From an uncultured Candidatus Saccharibacteria bacterium (GTDB lineage: Bacteria > Patescibacteriota > Minisyncoccia > Phycocordibacterales > UBA9973), in contig CAZIZK010000002.1 of assembly GCA_964544225.1 (NCBI GenBank), positions 2,557 to 66,556 of the forward strand: a DNA stretch of 64,000 nt, read 5' to 3'. The notes beneath the pieces were generated by a model that saw nothing but the letters and a program-made list of their open reading frames with translations, was not told where the DNA came from and did no database searches. The stretch's first letter is position 1. Each line of letters starts with the position of its first letter. A program made the position numbers and the translations under genes. Positions 29,228-39,975 of the stretch are shown here, piece by piece.

Positions 29228-30241
29228 ATGGCAATATCAAATTTTGAAAAAAGATTTTTCTTTATACTTCTAGGTATAATTTTATTAATAGCTTTGTTAA
29301 TTATTAAACCGTTCTTTTCTGTTATTGTGGTTAGTATTGCATTGGCTGTAATATTTACCCCTGTATATGAATGGATTAATAAACATATCACTCGTGGTGT
29401 ATCTTGGGTGTCGGCAATTATTACTGTGGCGCTTGGTGTATTGATTATTGCAACCCCAATGTTTTTTATTGGTAAAATGCTATTCAACGAATCGCAAACT
29501 TTATATCATATCGTTTCTGTGGAGAATGGTAACAGTGATTATATCGAATCTGTTACAACATCTTTAAATAGCTTTTTACCAAAGAGCTTCCACATACCCG
29601 ATTCAGAAATAAAGAATTTGGTTATCAAGATATCCGAGGGTATCGGTTCATTGTTTACTAAGACGATATCTACTATATTCTCATTCTTGTTGGTTATTAT
29701 TGCATTCTTCTATTTCTTGAAGGATGGTAAAAAGTTGAATCAATCACTAATTGCACTGAGCCCACTTTCTGACTCGCACGATAAGAGCTTGCTTGGAAAG
29801 ATACGCAATGTTATCAATGGTGTATTACGCGGGTATTTCCTCGTGGGTATTGTGCAGGGTGCATTGCTCGGACTAGGCTTCTGGATATTTGGAGTACCAT
29901 CACCAGTATTGTGGGGGACAGTCGCTGCTTTTGCATCACTTGTTCCAAGTATTGGTACTGCGTTCATATCTGTACCAGCTATTGTTTACTTGTTTGTTAT
30001 CGGCGCAACCAATCCTGCTATTGGATTGATTATTTGGGCTGCACTGATTGTGGGGCTCGTCGATAACTTGTTGAACCCACTAGTAGTAGGTAAGAAGATC
30101 AATGTTCCACCACTATTTATATTGTTCTCAGTGCTAGGAGGAATATCGTTATTTGGGGCTGTTGGTGTATTGGTTGGCCCGATAATAGTTGGATTGTTGT
30201 ATGAACTTGTAACTTTGTATAAAGAAGACTTTACTGTATAA
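29228..30241 (+). CDS. AI-2E (PerM/YdiK) family transporter
   Basis: Multi-TM; FFYFLKDG, VP.IG, DNLL.P.VVG, GG..LFG..G..GP. Confidence 0.85.
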   Translation: MAISNFEKRFFFILLGIILLIALLIIKPFFSVIVVSIALAVIFTPVYEWINKHITRGVSWVSAIITVALGVLIIATPMFFIGKMLFNESQTLYHIVSVENGNSDYIESVTTSLNSFLPKSFHIPDSEIKNLVIKISEGIGSLFTKTISTIFSFLLVIIAFFYFLKDGKKLNQSLIALSPLSDSHDKSLLGKIRNVINGVLRGYFLVGIVQGALLGLGFWIFGVPSPVLWGTVAAFASLVPSIGTAFISVPAIVYLFVIGATNPAIGLIIWAALIVGLVDNLLNPLVVGKKINVPPLFILFSVLGGISLFGAVGVLVGPIIVGLLYELVTLYKEDFTV

Positions 30242-30248
30242 ATGGATT

Positions 30249-31658
30249 ATGGATTTTACTACGCAAAAAAAACTCTCAGATTTGTTAATTGGTATTGATG
30301 TATTGAACACAAAAGGCAACATCAATATTGATGTTCCACATATATCTATAAACTCCAATGACATAAAAGATGGCTCATTATTTATTGCGATTGTGGGGCA
30401 TGTTACCGATGGGCATTTGTTCGTTAGTGATGTTATACAAAAAGGCGCCAAAGTGATAGTCCACGAAAGTGACATAAGTGAATACAAAGACGGGGTAGTA
30501 TATGTACAAGTATCCGACAGTCACAAGGCGGTGGGGCAGATCGCTTGTAACTTCTACGACAATCCATCTTCCAAGTTTAAACTCGTAGGTACTACTGGCA
30601 CCAATGGCAAAACAACCACTACGACATTGTTGTACAACTTATTTCGCAAGCTCGGGTACAAAGTGGGTATGATAGGTACAGTTGTGAACAAGATCAATGA
30701 TGAGGAGTTCGAAGCTTTACGCACTACACCCGACGCTATAACTTTACAGAAATTATTTGCAGATATGTTAGATGCCGGTTGCGAATATGTATTTATGGAA
30801 GTTTCCTCGCATGCAGTTAATGAGGGGCGCTTACAAAATGTGTCTTTTGCAGGTGGAGTATTTACAAACCTGACCCATGACCACCTAGACTACCACGTAA
30901 CTTTTGATAATTATCGCGATGCAAAGAAAGGCTTCTTTGATATGTTGCCAACAAATGCATTTGCTATTACAAATAGCGATGATGAGTATGGCATATACAT
31001 GGTGGATAATACAAAAGCCACAACTCATACATATGGGTTCAAGAACTTGGCAGATTTTATGGAAAAATTAGAAAGTAAATTGGTTGGCGAGTTCAATGCA
31101 TATAATATACTGGCAGTTTATGCGACAGCTATGGCATTGAACCAAGATAGTGAAAGAGTTAAAGAATTAATCAAAACATTAGATGGAGCCCCAGGAAGAT
31201 TTGAATCATATACCAGTCCGACTGGTACAGTAGGTATTGTTGACTATGCACATACACCCGATGCGGTGGAAAATGTGTTAAAGACTGTTCGTGCTATTTC
31301 CCTTGGCCAAGTGATAACTGTTATTGGCTGTGGTGGTGACAGGGACAAAGCAAAGAGGCCTACAATGGCACGTATTGCATATGATATGAGCGATATTGTA
31401 ATACTTACTTCAGACAACCCACGCAGTGAAAAGCCAGAGGATATAATAAACGATATGCAGGGTGGCATTGCCAATATTGATAATAATAAATTGCATACTA
31501 TAGTCGACAGGCGCGAGGCTATTGCGAAGGCGTGTGATATTGCAAAAAAAGGCGACTATATAGTGGTGCTGGGCAAAGGCCACGAGGATTATCAGGAGGT
31601 GAATGGTGTTAAAACACACTTCTCTGATATGGAAGAATTAAAGAAATATATAAAATAA
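30249..31658 (+). CDS. murE: UDP-MurNAc-tripeptide synthetase (meso-DAP type, DNPR motif)
   Basis: TGTNGKTT, MEVSSH, FTNLTHDHLDYH, DYAHTPD, GCGGDRD, SDNPR.E, GKGHE.YQ. Confidence 0.95.
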   Translation: MDFTTQKKLSDLLIGIDVLNTKGNINIDVPHISINSNDIKDGSLFIAIVGHVTDGHLFVSDVIQKGAKVIVHESDISEYKDGVVYVQVSDSHKAVGQIACNFYDNPSSKFKLVGTTGTNGKTTTTTLLYNLFRKLGYKVGMIGTVVNKINDEEFEALRTTPDAITLQKLFADMLDAGCEYVFMEVSSHAVNEGRLQNVSFAGGVFTNLTHDHLDYHVTFDNYRDAKKGFFDMLPTNAFAITNSDDEYGIYMVDNTKATTHTYGFKNLADFMEKLESKLVGEFNAYNILAVYATAMALNQDSERVKELIKTLDGAPGRFESYTSPTGTVGIVDYAHTPDAVENVLKTVRAISLGQVITVIGCGGDRDKAKRPTMARIAYDMSDIVILTSDNPRSEKPEDIINDMQGGIANIDNNKLHTIVDRREAIAKACDIAKKGDYIVVLGKGHEDYQEVNGVKTHFSDMEELKKYIK

Positions 31659-31713
31659 AAAACCTGTTTTCTTTTTACAGAAATCAGGTTTTTTTGAATT
31701 GGTTTTGGTTTTT

Positions 31714-32129
31714 TTAAATAAAAGAAGGTCTTTTATTTTTTATTTTAGTAGGAGTTATCCACCAAACAACAAATAACAAACAGTATTGCAAGACTGTGAA
31801 TATGGCTGTCATTAAAACTAAAGCCAGTATTCCTCCTAAACGATAGTTTACGAGTTTGTTTACAAAATCATAACTAAAAAGATTTAATTTCTCAAAGATA
31901 AAAAAGTATTTACCAACAAAGAAAATCCTGTAACTAGGAGTATAAATGGATCTTTTGTGAAGATTCCAAATCTTCTACTTTCCATTTTTAACACTATTGC
32001 CATTACAATTGGCATTAGCATGGGTATAAGCATAATGCTTTTGTTGACTTGTAATACATTAATAAAAAATAAGGGAAAAATTAACCAGAAAAGGACGGTT
32101 AGCCATGCTAGAGAGTAAAATTTTTTCAT
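31714..32129 (-). pseudogene. Membrane protein gene split by a frameshift in a T6 run
   Basis: ORF 31884..32129 continues in another frame as EKLNLFSYDF...GGILALVLMTAIFTVLQYCLLFVVWWITP...SFI* to 31714. Confidence 0.55.
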
Positions 32130-32201
32130 AATTGTGTGGATTTAAGTTTTTTACACTATAGCATATTATGCACAAAAGTCAAATTATTAATATTGTGATT
32201 T

Positions 32202-33881
32202 TTGTGGTTTAATTTAGGTGTGGAAAAATCTTGTTCAAAATGTAATAAACATTTTACGATAACAGAAGATGACCAATCTTTTTATGTAAAGATGGGTGTT
32301 CCGGTGCCCGAGATGTGTCCGGAATGTCGCTTTATGATGAGGTCACTTTTCCGTAATGAGACCACCCTTTACTCTGGGCGAAAGTGTGCACTTTGTGACA
32401 AGAGTATTGTGACTATGTATAACCCAAAGTCCCCATACACTATTTACTGTTATGATTGTTTCAATTCTGAGAAATGGGACCCAAAGGATTATGCTACAGA
32501 TTATGATGAGTCTAGATCCTTTATAGAACAAATGAAGGAATTCCTTATAAAAGTTCCAAAGATAAATCTGTACCTTACACTAGGTTATGGGGAGAATGTT
32601 AATAGTCCTTATGTAAACATGGCTAGTGGTTGTAAGAATTGTTATCTTGTATTTAATACCGGCCCTGCCGAGGAGACTCTTTATTCACGAGGGCTTCGCA
32701 AGAGCTCGGATTCATCTGATCTTTATTTTGGATTTGCCATTGATAGGTGTTATGAATCTATAAATATTCAGGAATCTGCTTCGGTTACACATGGGCAGAA
32801 TGTTGTAGGGTGTGTAGATTCACACTTTTTATTGAACTGTTCCAACCTGACCAATTGTTTTGGTTGTGTAAATTTACGCAACAAGAGTAATTGCTTTTTC
32901 AACGAGCAATTAACAGCAGAGGAGTATAAAGAAAAAGTTGGGGAAATACTCGGTAGTTATCAAAAAATGGAAGAGATGAAAAACAAATTTGATGAGTTTA
33001 CTATCGATTTTCCTCGTCGGGCAAATAACAATTTTAAAACTGTAGACTCAACCGGGGACTATATTTCAGAGTGCAAGAATGTAAAAGAATCTTTTGAAAT
33101 ATTTCAATCCGAAGATTGTAAATATTTATTTGCTTCAAAGATTATAAAAGATTCATACGATGTACTGGGTTATGGTACAAATTGCCAAATGTTACTGAAT
33201 TGTGTGGCTACAGGGTTCTCGAACAACATCATAGGTACATACTCTGCTGAAAACTCAAGCAATATATTATATGGATTCTATGTAGACAATTGTCATGATT
33301 GTGTGGGTTGTGATGCATTGAAGCATGGTAAATACGCAATATTCAATAAAGAATATACAAAGGAAGAATATGAAAGGTTGCGAAGTAAAATCGTAAATGA
33401 ATTAACCGAAGCTGGGTTATACGGGCTGATGATGCCACCAGAGCTTGCACCCTTTGCCTACAATGAGACAGTGGTCCAAGACAATATCCCTCTTACGAAA
33501 GAAGAGGCTATTGGCCGTGGGTTCCGATGGGAGGATGATATCCAGATAACCAAAGGCAAGGAGACATTAGCTCCAGAGCAGATTGCTGATAGTATAAAGG
33601 ATATAAATGATTCTATTACAGACGAGGTTCTGAAGTGTGCAAAGTGTGAACGTAATTACAAGATCACAGAGCAAGAGTTACTCTTCTATAAAAAGATGAA
33701 TTTGCCAATACCACGACAGTGCTTTTATTGTAGACATGAACAAAGAGTGGTACGCCGTGGACCTTTTAAATTATTCGATCGTAAATGTTCAAATTGTGGG
33801 CTCGATACTCATACAAACCTGACAGAAAATGTAGCTCCTATAATATACTGTGAATCCTGCTACCAAAAAGAGGTGATTTAG
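32202..33881 (+). CDS. Cys-rich CxxC / repeat-containing protein typical of Patescibacteria
   Basis: Multiple CxxC pairs, C..CFGC.NL..K.NC.FN repeats, PF.YNET, F.W, C-terminal YCE.CY.KEV. Confidence 0.75.
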   Translation: MWFNLGVEKSCSKCNKHFTITEDDQSFYVKMGVPVPEMCPECRFMMRSLFRNETTLYSGRKCALCDKSIVTMYNPKSPYTIYCYDCFNSEKWDPKDYATDYDESRSFIEQMKEFLIKVPKINLYLTLGYGENVNSPYVNMASGCKNCYLVFNTGPAEETLYSRGLRKSSDSSDLYFGFAIDRCYESINIQESASVTHGQNVVGCVDSHFLLNCSNLTNCFGCVNLRNKSNCFFNEQLTAEEYKEKVGEILGSYQKMEEMKNKFDEFTIDFPRRANNNFKTVDSTGDYISECKNVKESFEIFQSEDCKYLFASKIIKDSYDVLGYGTNCQMLLNCVATGFSNNIIGTYSAENSSNILYGFYVDNCHDCVGCDALKHGKYAIFNKEYTKEEYERLRSKIVNELTEAGLYGLMMPPELAPFAYNETVVQDNIPLTKEEAIGRGFRWEDDIQITKGKETLAPEQIADSIKDINDSITDEVLKCAKCERNYKITEQELLFYKKMNLPIPRQCFYCRHEQRVVRRGPFKLFDRKCSNCGLDTHTNLTENVAPIIYCESCYQKEVI

Positions 33882-33895
33882 TGTATATTTTGTAA

Positions 33896-35239
33896 GTGAC
33901 TGATTACAAGACATATTTCAAAGGGAAGAAGATAACCATCATGGGGTTGGGGCTTTTAGGGCGTGGATTGGGGTATACGAAATTCCTAGCAGAATGCGGG
34001 GCACAACTGATAGTGACAGATATGAAAACAAAGGAACAATTGGCCACATCTGTAAAAGAACTGAAAAAGTACAAAAACATAGAATGGGTTCTAGGTGAAC
34101 ATAGAATGCAGGATTTTAAAGGGGTGGACATGGTGATAAAGAATCCTGGGATTCCTGCTGACTCTATTTATATAAAGGAAGCAAGGAAGAATAAGATCCC
34201 TGTAGAGATGGATGCATCACTCTTTGCAAAGCTCGCGCCCGAGGTGACTATTGTAGGTGTAACAGGTACCAGGGGTAAGAGTATGACCACAATGCTGATA
34301 TACGAAATATTGAAGGGCGCAAAGAAGCGTGTATATCTGGGTGGTAATATTCGTGGTATTGCTACATTGCCACTTTTGCAAAAGGTGAAGAAGGGCGACA
34401 TAGTGGTGATGGAGCTCGACTCTTGGCAGTGTGCCGGATTCGGTGAGGCAAAGATATCACCACATATTGCCGTATTTACTACATTTATGCGCGACCATAT
34501 GAACTACTATGGTGGCAGTATGAAGAAATATTTCGCCGACAAGGCCAATATTTTTAAATATCAAAAGAAGTATGATACATTGATAATCCGTCCCGAGATG
34601 AAGAAGCTAATTTCTGAATTTAACTCCTCCCATGCGAAGGGGAGGTTAGGAGGGGTTGGTGGTAAGTTAATAATTGCCAATACTAAAAAAGTTCAAGATT
34701 TGGATTTCAAAATCCCTGGAACTCACCAGCTGGCAAACTTGGCTTGTGCAGTAGCCGCCGCGCAAGCGCTAGGCGTGCCAAAGGAGGCTATATACAAAGC
34801 TGTAAAGAATTTCAAGGGGGTAGAGGGGCGCCTACAATACATGAAGACTGTAAAAGGGGTAAAGATATACAACGACAACAACGCCACAACTCCCGAGGCC
34901 ACATCTGCTGGACTTGAAGCTTTAGGTACAAATACAATTTTGATTTGTGGTGGAAGTGATAAAAACTTGGATGTCAATAATTTAGTAAAAGCTATTAATA
35001 AGTACACTAAAGTAGTTATAGTATTACCAGGGAAAGGCACAGATAGATTGATAAACAGTAAAATAAATACAGAATTTATAAAAGCAAAAGATTTGAAAGA
35101 TGCGGTAGGGAAGGCGATGAAGATTGCAGTGAAGGGGGATACAATATTATTCTCCCCAGCCTTTGCATCGTTTGGAATGTTTACGAACGAATATGATAGA
35201 AATGACCAATTTGTAAAAATAATAAAAGGGTTGAAATAA
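33896..35239 (+). CDS. murD: UDP-MurNAc-L-Ala--D-Glu ligase
   Basis: GLG..G, PGIP, GVTGT.GKS.TT, ELDSWQ, DH.NY, YND..AT, GG.DK, FSPA.ASF. Confidence 0.92.
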   Translation: MTDYKTYFKGKKITIMGLGLLGRGLGYTKFLAECGAQLIVTDMKTKEQLATSVKELKKYKNIEWVLGEHRMQDFKGVDMVIKNPGIPADSIYIKEARKNKIPVEMDASLFAKLAPEVTIVGVTGTRGKSMTTMLIYEILKGAKKRVYLGGNIRGIATLPLLQKVKKGDIVVMELDSWQCAGFGEAKISPHIAVFTTFMRDHMNYYGGSMKKYFADKANIFKYQKKYDTLIIRPEMKKLISEFNSSHAKGRLGGVGGKLIIANTKKVQDLDFKIPGTHQLANLACAVAAAQALGVPKEAIYKAVKNFKGVEGRLQYMKTVKGVKIYNDNNATTPEATSAGLEALGTNTILICGGSDKNLDVNNLVKAINKYTKVVIVLPGKGTDRLINSKINTEFIKAKDLKDAVGKAMKIAVKGDTILFSPAFASFGMFTNEYDRNDQFVKIIKGLK

Positions 35240-35243
35240 ATAT

Positions 35244-35822
35244 ATGCTTCCGGAATATTTAAATTTTTTAACACCTATCGTTGGTATCATTGCTAGTTAT
35301 TTTTATATAAAAAGTATAGTAAAAGGCGAAACCATTCCAAATAAAGTTGGATGGTTTATTTGGTTACTAGCACCACTAGTTTCGTCCTTTGTAATTTTGC
35401 AAAATGGTGGGGGGCTTTCTGCTATACCCGTTTTCATGTCTTGGATTATTCCACTTATTGTTCTGATTGCCTCATACAAGATTAAAACAAAATTAAAAAT
35501 AAATAAGCTAGATATCGTATGTTTTATTAGTGCACTCATTGCTATGTACTTTTGGCTCATTGCAAAAGATATTTATAATGCAACTGTATTTGCAATAATT
35601 GCAGATGGGTTTGGCTTTATACCAACTATTTATAAAACCATAAAAAACCCAGGCACTGAAAAACCTTGGCCATATATAGCTGGTATTTTCAATGCTAGCA
35701 TTGCTATCCTAACACTGCATAATTTTGCATTTCATTTATTTGCTTTCCCTTTTTATTTATTGATTGGTAATGTTATATTGATTAGTGTGATATATTTTAC
35801 CAGTTTTAAGAGAGTTAAATAA
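35244..35822 (+). CDS. Multi-pass membrane protein
   Basis: About 7 TM; PN..GWFIW, ADG.GFIPT..K...NP..E. Confidence 0.7.
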   Translation: MLPEYLNFLTPIVGIIASYFYIKSIVKGETIPNKVGWFIWLLAPLVSSFVILQNGGGLSAIPVFMSWIIPLIVLIASYKIKTKLKINKLDIVCFISALIAMYFWLIAKDIYNATVFAIIADGFGFIPTIYKTIKNPGTEKPWPYIAGIFNASIAILTLHNFAFHLFAFPFYLLIGNVILISVIYFTSFKRVK

Positions 35823-35823
35823 T

Positions 35824-36390
35824 ATGAAAACAGCAATAATAATACATGGTATGCCAAATAAGGAGGGTTATTATAATCCGAACGGTGATGCTGAATCTAA
35901 TTCTCACTGGTTACCATGGATACAACACGAACTTTTAATAAGAGATATATTGGCTCAGACTCCAGAAATGCCAGTACCTTATAATCCAGATTACAATGCA
36001 TGGAAGGAAACGTTCGAAAGATTTCCAATTAACGAGGAAACTATTTTGGTAGGTCACTCTTGTGGAGGTGGTTTCCTGGTACGTTATTTGAGTGAAAGTA
36101 ATGTGAAGGTTGGGAAGGTTATTCTAGTGGCTCCATGGATAGATACTGAAAAAAAATTAAATACAAGAATGTTCGACTTTAATATTGATCCAAATATTGT
36201 TTCTAAAACTAAAGGTATAACAATATTTAATTCATTAAATGACGTCAATGTTATACATGATAGTGTAAATAAAATTTTGACTGATGTAAAAGATATAAAA
36301 TTAAAAGAGTTTGATAATATGGGTCATTTTACCTTTAAACATATGGACACCAATAAATTCCCAGAATTATTAGAAGAGATTTTAAAATAA
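35824..36390 (+). CDS. RBBP9/YdeN-family alpha/beta hydrolase
   Basis: IIHG, HWLPW, LVGHSCGG, LVAPW, GHF. Confidence 0.85.
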   Translation: MKTAIIIHGMPNKEGYYNPNGDAESNSHWLPWIQHELLIRDILAQTPEMPVPYNPDYNAWKETFERFPINEETILVGHSCGGGFLVRYLSESNVKVGKVILVAPWIDTEKKLNTRMFDFNIDPNIVSKTKGITIFNSLNDVNVIHDSVNKILTDVKDIKLKEFDNMGHFTFKHMDTNKFPELLEEILK

Positions 36391-36395
36391 AATTT

Positions 36396-36908
36396 ATGCG
36401 GATACCAATAGTAAATGAACAAGATGAAATAATAGCTTATAAAACAAGGGAAGAAACTACTCGCGAGGATATTCGCCGTATTGTTGGATTAAATGTTTTT
36501 AATGAAAATAATGAAATTTTAATTGCAAAAAGACAGGCAAACAAGTCTATACACCCAAATGTATGGGGTCCTGCAGTTGCTGGTACGGTAGATGAAGGGT
36601 ATGATTATGACGATACAATGGTAAAAGAAATGGGAGAGGAAATAGGTCTATTTGATGTAAAACCTATTTTTGTAAAAAAAATGTATTATGAAGATGAAAC
36701 CCAAAGGAGATTTACTGGTGTATACTATGCCATAGTAAATTCAAAAGAATTTACTCCAATAATACAAGAATCAGAAGTTGCTGAAATTAAATGGATTAGT
36801 TTAGAAGATTTAGAAAAATGGTATCAAGACAAACCCCAAGATTTTATCCCATCTTTCCAGCGAACTATAGATAATATAAAAGAAGCTTTAGAGCTTAAAC
36901 AAAAATAA
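36396..36908 (+). CDS. NUDIX hydrolase (IDI-like)
   Basis: AGTVDEGYDYDDTMVKEMGEEIG Nudix-box variant; KR...K..HP..W; SEV...KW. Confidence 0.8.
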   Translation: MRIPIVNEQDEIIAYKTREETTREDIRRIVGLNVFNENNEILIAKRQANKSIHPNVWGPAVAGTVDEGYDYDDTMVKEMGEEIGLFDVKPIFVKKMYYEDETQRRFTGVYYAIVNSKEFTPIIQESEVAEIKWISLEDLEKWYQDKPQDFIPSFQRTIDNIKEALELKQK

Positions 36909-36909
36909 T

Positions 36910-37692
36910 ATGCAAAAATTTACGATACAAAATAGACATGGTTTAAAGATTGTTGGGAATATTTCAATACCTGAAAATCCAAAAGGTTTGGCTTTTGTGA
37001 TGCATGGATTAGGTGGAACAAAAGAACAACCGCATATATTACTAATAGCAGATATTTTCCTAAAGAATGAACATACAGTTGTTAATTTTGATGGAACAAA
37101 TTCACTTGGTGAAAGTGAGGGCAAATACGAAAATGCAACAATGCAATTTCACTATGAAGATTTAGTAGATGTTATCAATTGGGCAAAAACACAAGAGTGG
37201 TATATGGAGCCTTTCGTTCTAGCGGGTCATAGTCTTGGTGGTTATGCTGTTGCTCGTTACGCTGAGGATTACCCGAACGAAGTTAAAGGGGTATTTCCTT
37301 TTGCTTTGGTTGTTGCAGGACAGTTTAGCTATGAAGCTAATGAAAAATTTTACCCAGAAAGATTAAAAGAATGGAAAGAAACAGGCTGGAAAGAAGAAGA
37401 AAGCAAATCATTCCCTGGTGTTATAAAAAGATTACCATGGTCACACATGGAAGAAAGGTTAAAACACGATTTACGACCAAATGCTAAAAATATAACAATG
37501 CCAATATTGTTTGTGACAGGAGATGAAGACACTTCATGTACTCCAGAAAGTCAAAGAATATTATATGATTTAGTAGAAAGTAGTAATAAGGAATTCCATA
37601 TTGTTAAAGGTGCGCCACATACTTTCCGTGAGCCAGAGCATTTGGAGCAACTTAAAAATATTTTAGATAATTGGCTAAAGAAATTAAATTAA
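36910..37692 (+). CDS. Alpha/beta fold hydrolase
   Basis: HGLGG, GES.G, GHSLGG, G..D, H.F catalytic triad. Confidence 0.85.
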   Translation: MQKFTIQNRHGLKIVGNISIPENPKGLAFVMHGLGGTKEQPHILLIADIFLKNEHTVVNFDGTNSLGESEGKYENATMQFHYEDLVDVINWAKTQEWYMEPFVLAGHSLGGYAVARYAEDYPNEVKGVFPFALVVAGQFSYEANEKFYPERLKEWKETGWKEEESKSFPGVIKRLPWSHMEERLKHDLRPNAKNITMPILFVTGDEDTSCTPESQRILYDLVESSNKEFHIVKGAPHTFREPEHLEQLKNILDNWLKKLN

Positions 37693-37693
37693 T

Positions 37694-39025
37694 ATGGATC
37701 TAGATTTAAATAAAATTAAAAATATACACTTTATCGGGATCGGGGGGATTGGGATCTCGGCTATTGCGCGTATGATGCTTGCCGACGGCAAGAGTGTTAG
37801 TGGTCAGGATATGCAGGACTCGGAGATTATTGCTGATCTGAAGAGTGCAGGCGCGGATATTACAATAGGGCAAAGTTTTGAGAATATCCCTGAGGGCACA
37901 GAATTGGTTGTGTATACTATTGCTATAGAATATTACGACCCAGAACTATTTAATAAATTGCAAGAGCAAAAGGACTTTTCTATCCGTTCATACCCGCAGA
38001 TGCTACACCTAGTGACTGATCATAAATACACTATCGCTATTGCAGGTACTCATGGCAAGACAACAACCACAGCCATGATAGGCTATGCATTGCGTGGAAT
38101 AGGCAAGGACCCAAGTATGATCGTGGGAAGTTTGATACAACAAGACCCTTCGAGTACCTCAGGGCAGGCACGCACAAATTATTGGGCGGGGAAGAGCGAT
38201 CTATTTGTGGTGGAAGCGTGCGAGTACCGCCGATCATTTCTAAATATAAAGCCAAATATTTTAGTGATTACAAATATTGAAGCTGACCATCTAGATTATT
38301 ATAAAGACATTGCCGACATACAGAGTGCCTTTCATGAACTTGTTATGTCTGTGCCTGATGGTGGCTATATAATATGTAACCCAAATGATGAAATAGTTGC
38401 CAAGGTATTAGTAGGTACGATGGCGCATATTATAGACTACACACGTTTCTTCAATGACAATCTAAAATTAAAGATCCCAGGTTTGCATAATAAATACAAT
38501 GCGGCTTGCGCATTGGCTGTGATAGATGCACTTGCTTTCGATAAATCTGAAGCAACGAATAAGCTTGCAGATTTCCCAGGTACTTGGAGACGTTTCGAAT
38601 ATAAGGGGGCACTATCAAGTGGCACGAAAGTCTACGATGATTATGCCCACCACCCAACCGAGATCAAGGCCAGCCTCCAAGGCTTCCGCGAATTGTATCC
38701 ATCAAGTAGTGGCTACAAAGTTACTGTAGTTTTCCAACCACATTTGTTCAGTAGAACTAAATCATTGCTCGACGAATTCGCACACAGCTTCGCCGAAGCA
38801 GACAATGTATTGATATTGCCTATATACTATGCTCGTGAGGTAGACGACGGCACTGTTAGTAGCCATACTTTATCTGATGCAATAGGGTCTATAGCTTCCG
38901 GCTATGACGATTTTGAGCAAGCTAAAAAATATTTAATGAATATGAATCTGGGTGATAAAGATATCCTCGTCACAATGGGTGCCGGTGAGGCATTTAAAGT
39001 GGGTGACACACTACTCAATCAATAG
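37694..39025 (+). CDS. murC: UDP-MurNAc--L-alanine ligase
   Basis: HFIGIGGIGISA, AGTHGKTTTT, EACEY, NIEADHLDYY, DDYAHHPTEI, FQPH..SRT, MGAG. Confidence 0.95.
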   Translation: MDLDLNKIKNIHFIGIGGIGISAIARMMLADGKSVSGQDMQDSEIIADLKSAGADITIGQSFENIPEGTELVVYTIAIEYYDPELFNKLQEQKDFSIRSYPQMLHLVTDHKYTIAIAGTHGKTTTTAMIGYALRGIGKDPSMIVGSLIQQDPSSTSGQARTNYWAGKSDLFVVEACEYRRSFLNIKPNILVITNIEADHLDYYKDIADIQSAFHELVMSVPDGGYIICNPNDEIVAKVLVGTMAHIIDYTRFFNDNLKLKIPGLHNKYNAACALAVIDALAFDKSEATNKLADFPGTWRRFEYKGALSSGTKVYDDYAHHPTEIKASLQGFRELYPSSSGYKVTVVFQPHLFSRTKSLLDEFAHSFAEADNVLILPIYYAREVDDGTVSSHTLSDAIGSIASGYDDFEQAKKYLMNMNLGDKDILVTMGAGEAFKVGDTLLNQ

Positions 39026-39048
39026 TTTTGTTGCTATAATAAAAATAC

Positions 39049-39936
39049 ATGAATATTATTAAATATTTCAAATCATCTATTTTTATTTTATTTGTAGTTT
39101 TGTCTACAAATAGTGTTCATGCTGTCGACAGTAACTCTGGCCTGATAGACACTTCTATCTGGTATGCACCGAGTACCTTTACCGAAGGTGACACTATAGA
39201 GATACACACAGCAGTGTGGAATGGCGAGGACTACGCTATAAATGCAAAGGTAGAGTTCCTGGATGTAAATACAATACTAGGTAGCCGTGACATAACTGTG
39301 GCAAAGGGCACATTGTCTGACGTATACGTATCATGGAAGGTTACAGCCGGTGACCACAAGATATCGGCACGCATTGCCTCGGCTTCATCGAGCGTAAATG
39401 GATCAAAGTCGGTTGTATCGATCGTAAACAAAGAAGAGTCTGCCAAAGACTTCTTTGTTCCAAAGAAGCTGGTTGTGAAGAAGGACGGCACAACCGAGGT
39501 GATACCCACTGTAACCTCCAAGGTCAACGAAGTCTTGCCACCAAGTGTCGCCGCACCGATAAATAAAACAGCCAATAGTATCGACAGTTTTAGGCAAGAC
39601 GTTAGTAGCTCACTCTCTGGTTTGAAAGATGAAACAAATACGAAAATAGAGTCTTTTAACAAAACAAAACCAGTTACAGAAAATACAGAATCAAATACAA
39701 AAACTGTTACTAAAAATACTAATAATAAAATCGATACTAAAGCCAAGGAAGTAAATAATACGACCGAAGTAAAGTCGGACCCAATGCCAGGCATCGACAA
39801 GCCTATCGCATATGTCGAGTTGTTCCTATTAACTATCGCACTGTTTATATTCAAAAATAGTATCGTCTTCTACATATTGCTTGCAGTTATTACTTTCTTG
39901 ATATTACGTTTTATATATCGAAAGATCCGTCGATAG
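39049..39936 (+). CDS. Exported Ig-like/CARDB-like protein with C-terminal TM
   Basis: Signal peptide, W.VTAG.H.I motif, C-terminal hydrophobic helices with basic tail. Confidence 0.6.
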   Translation: MNIIKYFKSSIFILFVVLSTNSVHAVDSNSGLIDTSIWYAPSTFTEGDTIEIHTAVWNGEDYAINAKVEFLDVNTILGSRDITVAKGTLSDVYVSWKVTAGDHKISARIASASSSVNGSKSVVSIVNKEESAKDFFVPKKLVVKKDGTTEVIPTVTSKVNEVLPPSVAAPINKTANSIDSFRQDVSSSLSGLKDETNTKIESFNKTKPVTENTESNTKTVTKNTNNKIDTKAKEVNNTTEVKSDPMPGIDKPIAYVELFLLTIALFIFKNSIVFYILLAVITFLILRFIYRKIRR

Positions 39937-39975
39937 GTATTTGTACAACAGAACAAACTAGCCTATAATGGCTTT

